The position numbers were made by a program, and so were the translations under genes. From assembly GCA_002633005.1 (NCBI GenBank), contig NMRA01000221.1, positions 76,644 to 140,643 on the forward strand: DNA of 64,000 nt, read 5' to 3'. The DNA comes from Phoronis australis (lineage: Eukaryota; Animalia; Phoronida). How positions within the stretch are numbered: position 1 is the stretch's first letter; every line of letters begins with the position of its first letter. Below are positions 41,701 to 53,424 of the stretch, piece by piece. Below the pieces are notes generated by a model. It did not search any database. It saw nothing but the letters and a program-made list of their open reading frames with translations, and had not been told where the DNA came from.

Positions 41701-42126
41701 GAATTGAATATGAACTTTTTTATTTGTGCGGCGATTGTCCGGTTTTTAATCTTATTGTGGCCAAAAACTGATTTGTACATTGCTGTAATGGAAGAATCTC
41801 AAGTCTCCCTTTTTTTTCTCCAATATCAGACCAACTTAACAAAATCAATTGGCTACTTTAACACAATAGCAGAATTCTCCACAAATAGCGAAATTGTAAT
41901 ATTGTCATTAGTGACAGCTTACAGTTTGTGCCGAAGTGCATTGCGTTTAGGTAGCGAAACGTATTGCTTTTATGGTCATCTTGGTCAAGGTGTGACCATG
42001 GTCACTGCCAAATATGCAGTCCTTTGCAAATAGATGTTGGGGGAAATGCACCAGGGCTTTTAATGTAGGGTCAGAGGTCGCAACAGACACTTGTTACAAT
42101 GCTGTTAGTATTCTTTTTCTTTTAAG

Positions 42127-42187
42127 GGACACGGCGGGCCAAGAAAGGTTTCGTGCCATAACCAAAAGTCTGTTTCGTGGGGCTCAG
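42127..42187 (+). CDS. Rab GTPase exon, G3/switch II (DTAGQERFRAITKSLFRGAQ)
   Basis: Canonical WDTAGQERF after splicing; 61 nt; ag/gt boundaries. Confidence 0.95.
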
Positions 42188-42559
42188 GTAAAATGAAGGT
42201 TTGAGATCAAATTTTCTCCACTGAATAACAGGTATCAAGTGCCGTCTTTTGCAAATTTGTGTGCGTGTCGTAATTCACGTAGCGCACATGCATCACTGAG
42301 CTTGTTGTATGTTTAACCAGGTAGCTTTGACGTACGCGGCGATTTTTCATTGGCTGACTTACAGGCTCCGGCAAAGAATGTGCATATGATTTTGCTTCAA
42401 CATCAGAAATACTGCAGTTCCAACAGATTGGCACTTCCAGGAAGCCTATTTAGACCATGCCATGCCCTAAAACAGTGTCTGTGCGGTTTTGATGTTTCAA
42501 AGGAGGTCAAACTTTTGTTAATGAGGAGGGCTGTGGGAGACCGTTGAATAGCGAAATAC

Positions 42560-43610
42560 CTCAGAATGTTGAAATAGTGCACACGGCTAACCTAGAGGAC
42601 TGCTAGAGAGCCATTCATGATGTCTTTAACATTTTAGTTATGCCACGTAGGAGTCTTCAGCACAGTTTGTGTGACAACTTGAACATGAGATGCATCTGTG
42701 CCAAGTTTGTTTTGTGACTGGTTAGCAATGAGCAGAAGACACGCAGAACTGCGATGTGTTAAGATCTCAACCAATCAAAACCATTTATTGTTCATGGTAG
42801 ACATTGCCTACACATACACAATTCAAATGTATATTCAGAATATTTACCCCCCCCCCCCAGAGCATTTCTGCTCTTAAAGCCATAGCCTTCTGAATGTACA
42901 ATGCAAGGTGCTGGATACTTTCATGATTTTTACCGTAATCGTTTGGGTTAACGCCCATGCTCAGTTAACCGCCCATCCCCGACTTAAAGTGGATTTTCGA
43001 TTTAACCGCCCACTGCTCGGTTAACTGCCCTCCCCCGATTTTTTGGATTCGCCAATTTAACCGCCCAGGGCGTTAACCCGAACGATTACGGTATGTTGGA
43101 CTAACCTAACAAGAGAAGAATAAGCCTTCAACAAGCTCTGGTAGAAGATTTTTTTCTAAGGTCTTTAAGAACAGGGCATCGACTCACGCAATGAAGCTCA
43201 CCTTCACTTTCACCCAGAAAACGAGCCAGAGCTGACCTGAACTTTGTTTTAAAGATTTTACTCGTGACGAGTGGTAGTTATATGGCTATGACCCCCAGAC
43301 TAAGCAACAGTCGTCAGGTAGTCGCCTGGTTTTGAAACCGAAGAAAATGTGCCAAGTTCGAAGCATCATGATGTCCATGTTGTTTGTACATGGCATTGTT
43401 CACAAAGAATTCGTTCCTCAGGGCTATTGTGGAGTTTTACTTTGAGGTTTTGAAATGACTTAGGGAGAGCATTTGAAAGAAATTACCACCACAGTGGGAA
43501 AATAAAAACTGGGCCCTCATCATGACAATGCACCTGCTGAGTGCTCACACATCACAAGGTCTTGGATTCTAGGAGCAATATAGTCATCCCACACCACACC
43601 TAGCCCACTG
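42560..43610 (+). mobile_element. Decayed mariner transposase, interrupted
   Basis: Fragments LNMRCICAKFV, T.DEW..YGYDPQTKQQSS, HGIVHKEFVPQG, HHDNAPA; stops and frameshifts. Confidence 0.8.
42931..43093. mobile_element. MITE with TA TSD (TACCGTA...TACGGTA)
   Basis: TIR ccgtaatcgtttgggttaacgccc / gggcgttaacccgaacgattacgg; internal ttaaccgccc repeats. Confidence 0.8.
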
Positions 43611-44699
43611 TTATATATGGCTGTTCCGCAAACTAAAATTCAGATGATACCGTGAATAATACGCTTACATGGAAGACCTGCATTTTTAAAGATTTGCAGT
43701 AATTCTCCTTCTGAGCAGCTTGTACCAGGATCAAAGAGAGCGGAGCGCCAGAGTCGGACACAGTTGTGATTACGGTGTTGTCCGGTGCGAGCAAGACCCG
43801 ATTAAGTGTAATTACCGGGCCATTAACTATAGTAAAGGTCTCTACGTACTGGTGAATTTTGAAAAATGCATAAACCAACAATTTTCGTTAAAAATAAACA
43901 TGGCGGTATTAAGCTGGAAAAAGATCTAAGTATGGTTTTTGATTTTTAAAAATCAAACTAATGCTAAAAACTACAAACATTGGTTACAATTGAAAATAAA
44001 CAACTGTGCGTATTGATATAGTTAGAGGATTTACAAAAGCTGATCATAATAACAATATGATATGGATTATTTTTTAGTATATAACTAAATTAAATGCAAC
44101 AAATAGAGACAAAACACGTTGACCAGATTAGATGTTATGCTTTCAAAACATCGCTTATGGCTCAGGGCATATCCAGTTTATTCCAGGAGTAGTACACTAA
44201 GTGGAAATTGATATTCGCAAAAATGCCTGCAAAAATAAAATAAATAGAGCAACTCGTTCCCTGCCCGGCCAAAAAACAAGCAAGTAGACTGGGGTATTAA
44301 AAATAAAATAATGAAAACCGGTAGGAAACATGTTTAAGACCAACGTTCCTTTGGGAATTGGCCCTTTGTCAAGGTGAACAAAAATTACTGTTTTAGTCAT
44401 TTTGTAATATTTAAAACTAGTCTCGACACTGACTCTGTGCAAATATCAGAGAAAACCAATTTGGGTGTAATAAGAACAATATTGTTGAGAAAGTTAAGTG
44501 GTAGCAATTATATTTCCACATCATTAGCTTAGATCTACATGAGTCTAAAGGTAGTGCTGAATAGGCATTATAAAAGTTTTCTGGGGCAAAGGGAATCTTA
44601 CTGGTGACCAGTGTAAGCTGACTACTGTAACCTGTGAAATTCTTCACCATGTTAAAAGGGTCCCTTAAAGTTCATACAATGGATGAAGTAGCTAAGGGA

Positions 44700-45320
44700 G
44701 GTCACTTTGAAAAGAGTATCATAAATGTCTGGGCGTTCCGGTCTCTGGGCGTTTGGGTCTCCCGTCTCCTAAATCCCTTGCAGGATCATAATGGGTTTTG
44801 GCTGATGTGTTTGTATGAAGTTGACAACAGGTGACGTTGAGTTTCGGACTGATCTGACTACCACTGTGCCTCCTAGTGGCAATTTTAGTTTTTTACATTT
44901 GCCTCTATATCTTTGAAGGTCCTTCATTGATTTTCATGAAATTTAGCATACAGGTTTATATTAAGGAGATGACGCCTTCCGATTTTTGAATGGATTTGAC
45001 TTATTCTGCACCACCTAGTGATCATTTTTATTTTTGAATCTGTTTTTTGCCATCCACCTTTTTATCTGCCAAACTGTTTGAAGGATCATTATGAAAACAT
45101 GCAGATGTTTTCCTGCTGCAAAGTCTAGGCTTGACATGGATTTACAGCCGAGCATGGCAAGTGTTTCAAAATTGGTAGGCGACCAGGCTTTCCCATTTTC
45201 AGACGGTTCAAAATTTTTTGCCTCACCCAGTGGCCATTTTTGATACTAATAAACATTCGGAAAAACATGCAGTTTGCTGTGCAATTGCAGGCACATTTCA
45301 GTGTTTACTTTGTTCTAACT
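44700..45320 (+). mobile_element. Older degenerate HINE-like copy
   Basis: ctagtgg-anchored units near 44874, 45015 and 45228; degenerate microsatellite. Confidence 0.55.
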
Positions 45321-45608
45321 TGTTATTGTCATTTTATCTCTGACTAGATAAGAGAACAAGACAGTTGACAAAAACGTGACCAATGACAAATTAATGGACG
45401 TAAAGGACGAATACGAGTCAAGACGATTGGATGATAGTGATTTTTGCAGTTTGCGACTGCTGCTTTGGAGTACTGTCGCATTTGTACAGATCGCGGTCTG
45501 CTCTCTCTCTGCCATTGCTAATTTGAAATATGAACAACGTGGCTTTGTTAGTTTTCACAACTCAAACTTTTACTTTGCTCATGTGTTGTTCATTTTCTTG
45601 TTTTCCAG

Positions 45609-45686
45609 AGCATTGTCCTTGTGTATGATGTGACATCAAGGAGGAGTTTCCAACTCCTTGTATACTGGCTAAAGACTATAGACCTA
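45609..45686 (+). CDS. Rab GTPase exon (SIVLVYDVTSRRSFQLLVYWLKTIDL)
   Basis: LVYDVT RabF5 motif; ttttccag acceptor, gtacgt donor; 78 nt. Confidence 0.92.
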
Positions 45687-46169
45687 GTACGTATTTGATT
45701 TTTAGCTTACTGCAGTCTTACAGACTAGTTAGTTATTTTCACATTGTTTTTGACCATCACCTTCTGGTGCTCATTAATTTTCAGAACAATGTTAAGCTTT
45801 TTCTGTAAAAATTTGCTTGATTCCTGAAGCTTCTTTTGATGTTGATTAAATTGTGTTTGTTGATTTTATATACCCTGAAGGTGGAATCTGTATTCTGACA
45901 TGGGCCCCTTATATGCAGCGCCACCTATGTTTTGGCACTATTCATCATTTCTTTTAAGTTAAAGTTACTGCTAACGTTAGAGTTGCCTGTCAAAACTAAT
46001 TTTGATTTAGACCACTCACTACAGCTGTAAAAGTGGCCTGAACTCTTTCGTTACTGAGATTAGAGGAGATCATGGGCTTTGGGAGAATTAAAAGTTTGTT
46101 CTTGAGCTGATGCTCACCACATAACATGACTAGCTTGATCAAGTTAACTTACTGCATCTGGTTTCAAGC

Positions 46170-46600
46170 AACAATCAATAGGGTCGTCCCGGATTACACG
46201 GCAACAGAACTCTCCTTTGTCCCGGAGATAAGAAAGCGTGTGACCTTGTTTTGGAAATTAGGCACATTTCCGTGTCTCATTGATGTAGGAAAAGCAAAGA
46301 ATTTTAGGTCACGCATCCACAGGTATTTGTTCAATTTATCAAACTTTCTTACGTCAGAGTTGCAGCCCACAGCACAGCAGTAATTATACTTTGTCGGCAT
46401 TGGAAGGACGAACAGAGTAATGCAGCCGAGAAAAAACATGTAAAAAATCGGACAACAAATAGCATGTGAAACTCCAGTGGCACGAAAACGAGGCAGCGAA
46501 TGTGCCTGACGGATGTTTATGGCATTTTGGATAAATACAGTGAGATTCGAGTGTTGCTGTATAATCCAGGGCGGCCCTATTGGCTGTTGTTTCCAAGCCC
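46170..46600 (-). mobile_element. Repeat encoding a THAP-like N-terminus (DNA transposon remnant)
   Basis: MPTKYNYCCAVGCNSD..LKFFAFP from ATG at 46400; degenerate relatives near 37930-38250 and 22000-22290. Confidence 0.6.
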
Positions 46601-47254
46601 AGAAATATCATCCAGTCTGAGAAACAATTTAAAATGCTTTAAGTTGTCTGTTAGAAGTATCTTTCTTTATGGAAGGAGTTAGGTCTTCTCACCAGCTTTA
46701 AAATATTTTTAAAAAATCAGAAAATGATGTTCTTTTTAATGTCTGGGGTGTTTACCAGGGTGGGAGTGTTAGTTTGACAAGGATCCCACATGAACTATCC
46801 TAAATGCATGCATTTTCATATCAAGCTGTTGTTATTTTAGTGTCACTGAGCAAATGTCAAGCTCCTAATTGTACTATTCATGAAAAAAATGCGGTAAAAG
46901 CTTACCATTTTCTCACAAAAATAGTTGTCAAAATTGATTTTTTTTATTTTCCAAAGGCTTAAGATATTTTTGTGAGTGCCCGCAGTTTTTCAACATATTG
47001 TCTGATGGTAGATATGGTGTCGACCATGTAAATGATGAAGCAATTATTTAGTGTTACTTATCATTTGTGAGAAAAATAAAGAAGTGAAATATTAATTGTC
47101 TGCCATATTTTGTCATAAATTTATGAAATGTTGCCTTAAACTCCCTTTTGTAGCATATCCCACCTGTGATACACCAACTTAGGCCATTATCAGTGCCCCT
47201 GTGATGCTGTTGTGTAATGTTAAATTATGTTAAGTTATGTTATACACATTGCAG

Positions 47255-47353
47255 GAGTTTGGAGACAGCACTGAAGACATACCAGTGTTTATTGTAGCAA
47301 ATAAGTCAGATCTTGAAGAAGAAAGGGAAATACCCTCAGAGGAAGGAAAGAGG
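47255..47353 (+). CDS. Rab GTPase exon, G4 (EFGDSTEDIPVFIVANKSDLEEEREIPSEEGKR)
   Basis: NKxD motif; ttgcag acceptor, gtattt donor; 99 nt, phase 0. Confidence 0.92.
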
Positions 47354-47597
47354 GTATTTGTTGGATTTTTAATGGTTCATTACACTGTCAATCTCTTTAT
47401 GGTTGCTTGGGAAACCACATTAACATTCAGTTTGACAATCATGTAGAATGATTTAAAATATTAACACCTAAGTCGGAGGAAATATTTTGCTCTAGTCATA
47501 CAGTGCATCAAATCGTGTACAGTGATTTAAAATATTAACAACCGTGTCTGAGTAAATATTAGTTCAAGTTCATTGAGCCAAATATTTTTGTTTTTAG

Positions 47598-47720
47598 AAG
47601 GCAGACGCCAGTGGCGCATCGTTATTTCGAGAGACGAGTGTGAAGACAGACCCACAAGGAGTATGCCAACTGTTTAAAGATGTGGCATACGCTCTAACTG
47701 AAAGATACAACCCTCAAGTG
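47598..47720 (+). CDS. Rab GTPase exon, G5 (KADASGASLFRETSVKTDPQGVCQLFKDVAYALTERYNPQV)
   Basis: ETSVK resembles ETSAK; tttttag acceptor, gtgagc donor; 123 nt, open frame. Confidence 0.88.
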
Positions 47721-48209
47721 GTGAGCTCCATAGCACTGTTTGATCATGATGGCCTGTCCTGAGTGGCCAGCAAACACACTTGGATGAGTCAAAATTCCTA
47801 GGCAATCACCAAATCTTTGTTCGCCGCATGACATGCGATTTCACGGCCATACACATTAAGCTGATGGCGTGGGTTTTCATTTTCAGAACAATAAACTAAA
47901 GAACTTGCGTGGGTTATAGCCTATTCAAATTGGTGATAAAAGCATGTCCAGTTTAGTATCTGAAGTCCCTGAGTTTACTGTTCACTGCCATTTCATAATA
48001 TGTTGTCATCAAGGAAATTTCTCATTCAGTCAGTCAGCCATGTGACATTCACTAGCGTATCTCCAACACAGCTTGCAGGATATTCAATTTTAACATCCCA
48101 CACTTCAAGGGAGTGTCTCTAAGCTGTTCTTGTGATTACATTATAGGCTACTTTCAGTATCATTCAATGTGTCTGCATGTACACATTTCCATGAATTTGT
48201 TAAGTATTA

Positions 48210-48670
48210 CAAGGCTTGGAATTTTCCGTGGAAACGCGGATTTCCGCTTTTATCAAATGTTCTGTCTGCGCATTTCATTATATTTCCGTGTAAAAAAAAT
48301 CGGATATGATATAAAATTTCTGCGGCAAATTCCTTTCTTACCGCGGCGTTGCCGACGACATTCACCTCGAAAAGCGGAATTTGCTCTTTATGTTTCGGAG
48401 GAACGTAAATTGTCAACATTGATAGCGTGGTGGGATTTTCAATGGCGTCTCGTGTGATTGTAAACCGCGGTGACAAATACTACGGCTCTGCAGCCAAAAG
48501 TGTGCGGGGGCGGGAGTGGACGGACGGGCTAAAAAGACGCAGATGTATGCTACTCCCTACTTTTTGTCGTCGGCGAAAGGTTCACATCGACTATTTCAAG
48601 GCTGGGTAGCGCGCATGTTTCGGGCCATAAAAGTTTCCACGTTCTTTGTCATTGGTCATTCCAAGCCCTG
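48210..48670. mobile_element. MITE with CA(A/G)GGCTTGGAAT termini
   Basis: TIR caaggcttggaat / attccaagccctg; GTATTA on both flanks; related ends near 38430-38639 and 49130. Confidence 0.7.
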
Positions 48671-48674
48671 GTAT

Positions 48675-48892
48675 TACCGTAAACGTTCGGGTTAACACCC
48701 TGGGCGGTTAAATTGGCAAACCCAAAAAATCGGGGGTGGGCGGTTAACCGAGAGGTGGGTGCTTAACTGGAAATCTTTCAAAAATCGCAGGGGGGCGCTT
48801 AACCGAGCAGTGGGCGGTTAAATCGAAAATCCACCTAAAGTAGGGGGTGGGCGGTTAACTGAGCATGGGCGTTTACCCGAACGTTTACGGTA
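48675..48892. mobile_element. Same MITE family, opposite orientation
   Basis: TIR ccgtaaacgttcgggt / acccgaacgtttacgg flanked by TA. Confidence 0.8.
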
Positions 48893-49221
48893 GTACTCTA
48901 GAGACGTTCAAGTACATGTAAGATAACAAAATTTCTTTGGAGGAAGACTTTAAGACGAAGCCACATCACTTTAGCTGTGAGTTGTTTCAAATATGGTAAT
49001 TCTTCGCTTATTTCACACAAAAAATTGCCAAAATTATCTTTTTTCCATTTTTCAAAGGCTGGCTACCGAACTGCAGATACTTCACTAAATGTGTGACAAT
49101 ATTCACGCACCACAAACCATGCTGGTAATCAGGGCTTGGAATTTTTCTCTTTTAAGAGGATTTCTTCTTTTTTGGTTTCAATTTCTTCTTATTTGATTTC
49201 CAGTTGCCTCTTTTTTGTCTC

Positions 49222-49838
49222 TTTATGCACCCACATATTTATATGTGGACGCATTATGCCGTCATCTGCGTCCAGGCGGCGTCCGTCCGTCTGGGTGGCG
49301 TCCATCCACCGTCCGCTGCTCTATCTCCAAAACCATTTGACATACATTCATGAAATATGGCATATATGTTTCATTTATGAATGGGACTGCATGAGCGAAC
49401 TTTCGGACGAATCCGACTACCGGTGTGCCCCCTAGTGGCAATTTTATTTTTTTACGCTTACCTTTGTATCTTCAAAAGTCCTGAACGGATTTTCATGAAA
49501 TTTGGTATGTAGGCACTTATTAGTGAGATGACGCTATCCTCCCGTTTTCGGATGGATTCGACGTAGTTTGCGCCACCTAGTGACCATTTTTACTGTTTTT
49601 GAGTTTTTTTGCGTCCACCCCTCTATCAACCAAACCGCTCAAAGGGTGATTGTGAAAATTGGCATGTATGTGCTTACTATAAAGAGGACGGTTGACAATG
49701 ATTTTCCGACAATTTTGACTACTGTGGTGTCTCCTAGTGGCAGTTTTGTTTTTGTTGCGGCTATGGCTCTGTCTCCTAAACCATTCGCAGGATCTTTACT
49801 TAATTTAGCAAGTGTATTTGTATGATGTTGACTACGGA
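49222..49838 (+). mobile_element. Second HINE-like copy, cut by N
   Basis: Closely matches 38683-39285 including subTIR, microsatellite and three units. Confidence 0.75.
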
Positions 49839-52289
49839 NCTTCCTTTTAATCAACGCACTATTGTTGAATTTATGCACGTCTCGTAAATGATTCCAAAAA
49901 AATTCCACTGCGCTTTTTGAAAAGCAGTGCCACACAGCCAATTTCAGATAAGGCAAAGGTTTAAAAAATAATGCCATCGCCGTTTTTTGTGTATTACAAA
50001 TTATTAATCACGAATTCACTAAAATATCTCTTGAAACTTTTTTTTCAAGAAACACGCCAATGAGGTCTTGTAAATGATTTGAGATTTGGCTTCACTCAGT
50101 AAACATGGTGGTAATTAAAATTCATTTTTTGTTGATAAAAAACGTTGACTTTCTCTTTAAATATGTCTCGGTGAGTTTCCAAAACGCAATTATTCGTTTC
50201 GATTGGACAAGTTATTGTAACAAAAGAGAGCCTGTTTCTACTTTGTCGTTTTTTCAGCTTCACGCAATTTTATGGAACCCTAGGCTACATGGTGCATTGT
50301 GACACCTCCCATGTAAACTGTAGCAGGTCATAAAACACAGCACCCACGTTAGAAATATTATTCTTTATTTTAAAGGTCTTTTGACATTGTTTCATGACTT
50401 CAGACATTCTCTGTGGTGAGCTGAACATTGGCTTCAGCATTTGTCGCGATTCATTGAGAATGAATGTAAGACAACTGGGTAAGAAATGCATCTTCGTTTG
50501 ATCTCTCGCTTTAGTTAGACTAAATGAGATCGCACATGGGGAGACACTGTTTGTTCACCTGGGCCATTTTTAGACAAAATATTGTGACTAAAATGACCTT
50601 AACTTGATAGAAACCAAATAATTCGTGCTTATGTCAGATAAAGGATAAGCGACAGGAAATGGATGCTTTAAATTGTGAACTAAACTGACAAATCATGAAT
50701 TTGAAAATTTTTCCCATACGTGCTCAAAACAACATGGCGGAAGAGAGTGTGCTAGCTCTTCAGAGCAAGCTTATGGGTCACTGCGTGATCTGGAAATTAA
50801 CCAGATTTGCCTGAAGAAACGTCTTCCGAGTCAAGAGATTACTCCTAAACAGAGTAAGGAATATGAAAAGTTTATCAAGATACAAGTGCATTTAATCAAA
50901 GCTTGTTTTTTGACAGGAAGCACGGGCTTTATGCAACTTTAAGAATGGAGACAGAAACAGCAAGTAAAATCCCACACTTTTCATTATACAAATGACTAAA
51001 CCGCTTCACCTGTACATGAGGCGAAGCTAGACATACTGTACATGAAAACGGATCCTCGCCATTGCTAACAGCCCCGGGAAAAATACAATTGATTTAAGAA
51101 AAGAAATTTGATATCACCAAACACAAACATGAAAAATGTGCAATGCTTTTGACGGTTCTAACAATGCAAAACGTTTGAATATTTTTCTATCATTGTTAGT
51201 TCATACCAGGAGCTTTTAGAAATTCAACAAAAGGTTTTATTCATCTGTTCGTGGGACCTATTTGTGTAAGGTGAATAATATTTTGCTGCGTAGGTAAGTT
51301 GATCCTAGGTAAACATGCCACTGGATGTTAAAAGCATTTGTGAATAAAAAAATTCCCGAGTGAGTTATTTTAAAAAGCAGACAAATAGGGACTACTGAAT
51401 TCTCGGGATTGAAAAATGAAAGTATTTATCACACTTGGAGAACGTAATACAAAAACATACACAGGAAACTAAAGTCGATTTTCATAGCAGACAAAATCGT
51501 AACTGATCCTTGCTTAATTGATGCTAAGATATCTTAACTGGATCTTTATTTAAAACTTTTCTTGAGGTCTGAGTTTTATGGCATCTGCGTGCATCATTTG
51601 AAATTGGTGTTTACTTCAATCGTTATTCCTCCCGTAAGGGAACGTGTACTTTCAAGTTGGCCCGATTTCACTTAACAAAAATTAGGGAGTATTATTCTAC
51701 ACGATGCGCACCCTCGACTTTATATAAACCGAAGACTTTGCGCTTTCAAGTATTACATAAACAAGTGCGGATATCAGGAAATTTGGATAATCACTAGATC
51801 CATTCGACATCTGATTCTGATGCAGCAATATTCTGAGTTAAAAAATAATAGCGGGAAGACATTACCAGGATCCTGGCAGTGCCGTCAAAATAATGGTGAA
51901 ATAAAGATCATTTTCATATTGTTTGTGCAATTTCTCGCTGGCTAAATTATGAACTGTGAAATATTTGACGCGCATTTGAACAGCCTTTTCAGTCCTTTTG
52001 TTAAAGTTTAAACCCATAAAATACACGACCTCTTTTGTACATGTAAACCGAGCAAATATTATCCCTGAATGACTTTCAACGTGAATATATTTCCGGGGGA
52101 GGACAGGAATTCAGCATTTGACGAAGTGTGTGGCAAAGAAATTGGTGCACCTTACAATTTTAGTAAACCTGCATGGAAATCCCGCCTTTATAAGGACAAT
52201 GCGACTCAAAGGCATCCTCACAAACTTTCGCACAGTGTGTTTCCCATAACAAATATGTTTTTGCACTGTTGCAGAAATGTTATCTTTCG

Positions 52290-53327
52290 AAAACTACTAT
52301 CTCGGAAAGGCACCCTTTGTAAGGAATCAAGAGCTATCAACTATCAATCCACGGGAGAATCAAAACGTCGACTCTAGGGTCACAGACGTAGATCTTGAAA
52401 AAATTTGGGGCATTGCTTTTTAAGTTATAGAGAATCATGAATATATTGGCCGAAAATAGACATTGAACCTCTCTATCAAAGACAGTCTTTGAATTTTCAA
52501 AGGAGTTTCCGTTAACTTTCACTTGAGTACCAAAACTTGGTAACTTTTGCCCAAAATTGTGTATTGACTTTTAGCCATTTTTGAGGTGCTCTGGGCGACA
52601 GCTGGCGGGATGCTGGTAATTTACAACGATAATCAAAGCAATAGACATCGATTTTATATTCTTTGACTATTGCTGCCCCCTGATGGCAGTTTATATAACT
52701 AGATTGCTTTGGTGAAATTTCATGAAATTTGGCCGAAACGTTTCCATCGTGGAATCGGTGACACAAGCATGTTTGAGAACGACATTTCAATAACAAGCAA
52801 CTAATCTGTTACGAAATTGTGTTTTCTGTTCACTATTGCATGTACTGTGGAAAATTTTAGCAATACAGGCTGAACCAAGCCTACTGTATGTTAAGCATGA
52901 AAGTAGACTTGCATAATTGTTACTATGACGACTGAGTGCCATAAAAGCGTTCATCCTTTAATTATAATTTGACAAGCATGATAATAGAAGATATGAAGCT
53001 ATGACGCAGACAGATTCGAGAAAGCTTCACTTTTCATAATCCAAATGTAACCCATTTGTGTAAATCAAGTGGAGCCGACTATAGTCACAATTCCAGCAAC
53101 TCCAAAAGTGAAAAACGTCCATGGCAAGTCCTCCCCGATTATCACACGGATCTCCCTGCAGTCAGCTTTGCTATATGAACGTCTCTGTGAATTGCTTCCG
53201 CTTCTTTCACCATTTGCACGAGTGTTTGAATGATCTGCAGTCTTATTGCAATTTCTTTTCCGGTTTCTGATTTAGTCACGTGTCATATTGCAAAACGCCT
53301 CCTTGCTCTATCTGCTGAAATGATAAC
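52290..53327 (-). pseudogene. Candidate apolipoprotein-L-like pseudogene
   Basis: IRLQIIQTLVQMVKEAEAIHRDVHIAKLTAG, frameshift, FFTFGVAGIVTIVGS; downstream VLILP..LLIPYKGCLSE; several stops. Confidence 0.35.
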
Positions 53328-53424
53328 CTGTATAAAAAGAGCCATTTCGCCGCTATTTACACTGTAGCTGTTAATGTGGAATTCTTACTGAAGCAATTTG
53401 GTGTATAAAAACTATGCCATATTT

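Larger units (their letters stand above)
41180..41772 (+). mobile_element. Fold-back PLE derivative, same family
   Basis: Two inverted 3' ends joined at hairpin tgcctatatacgttacgtatataggca; TSD TTGTACATTGCT at 41168-41179 and 41773-41784. Confidence 0.88.
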
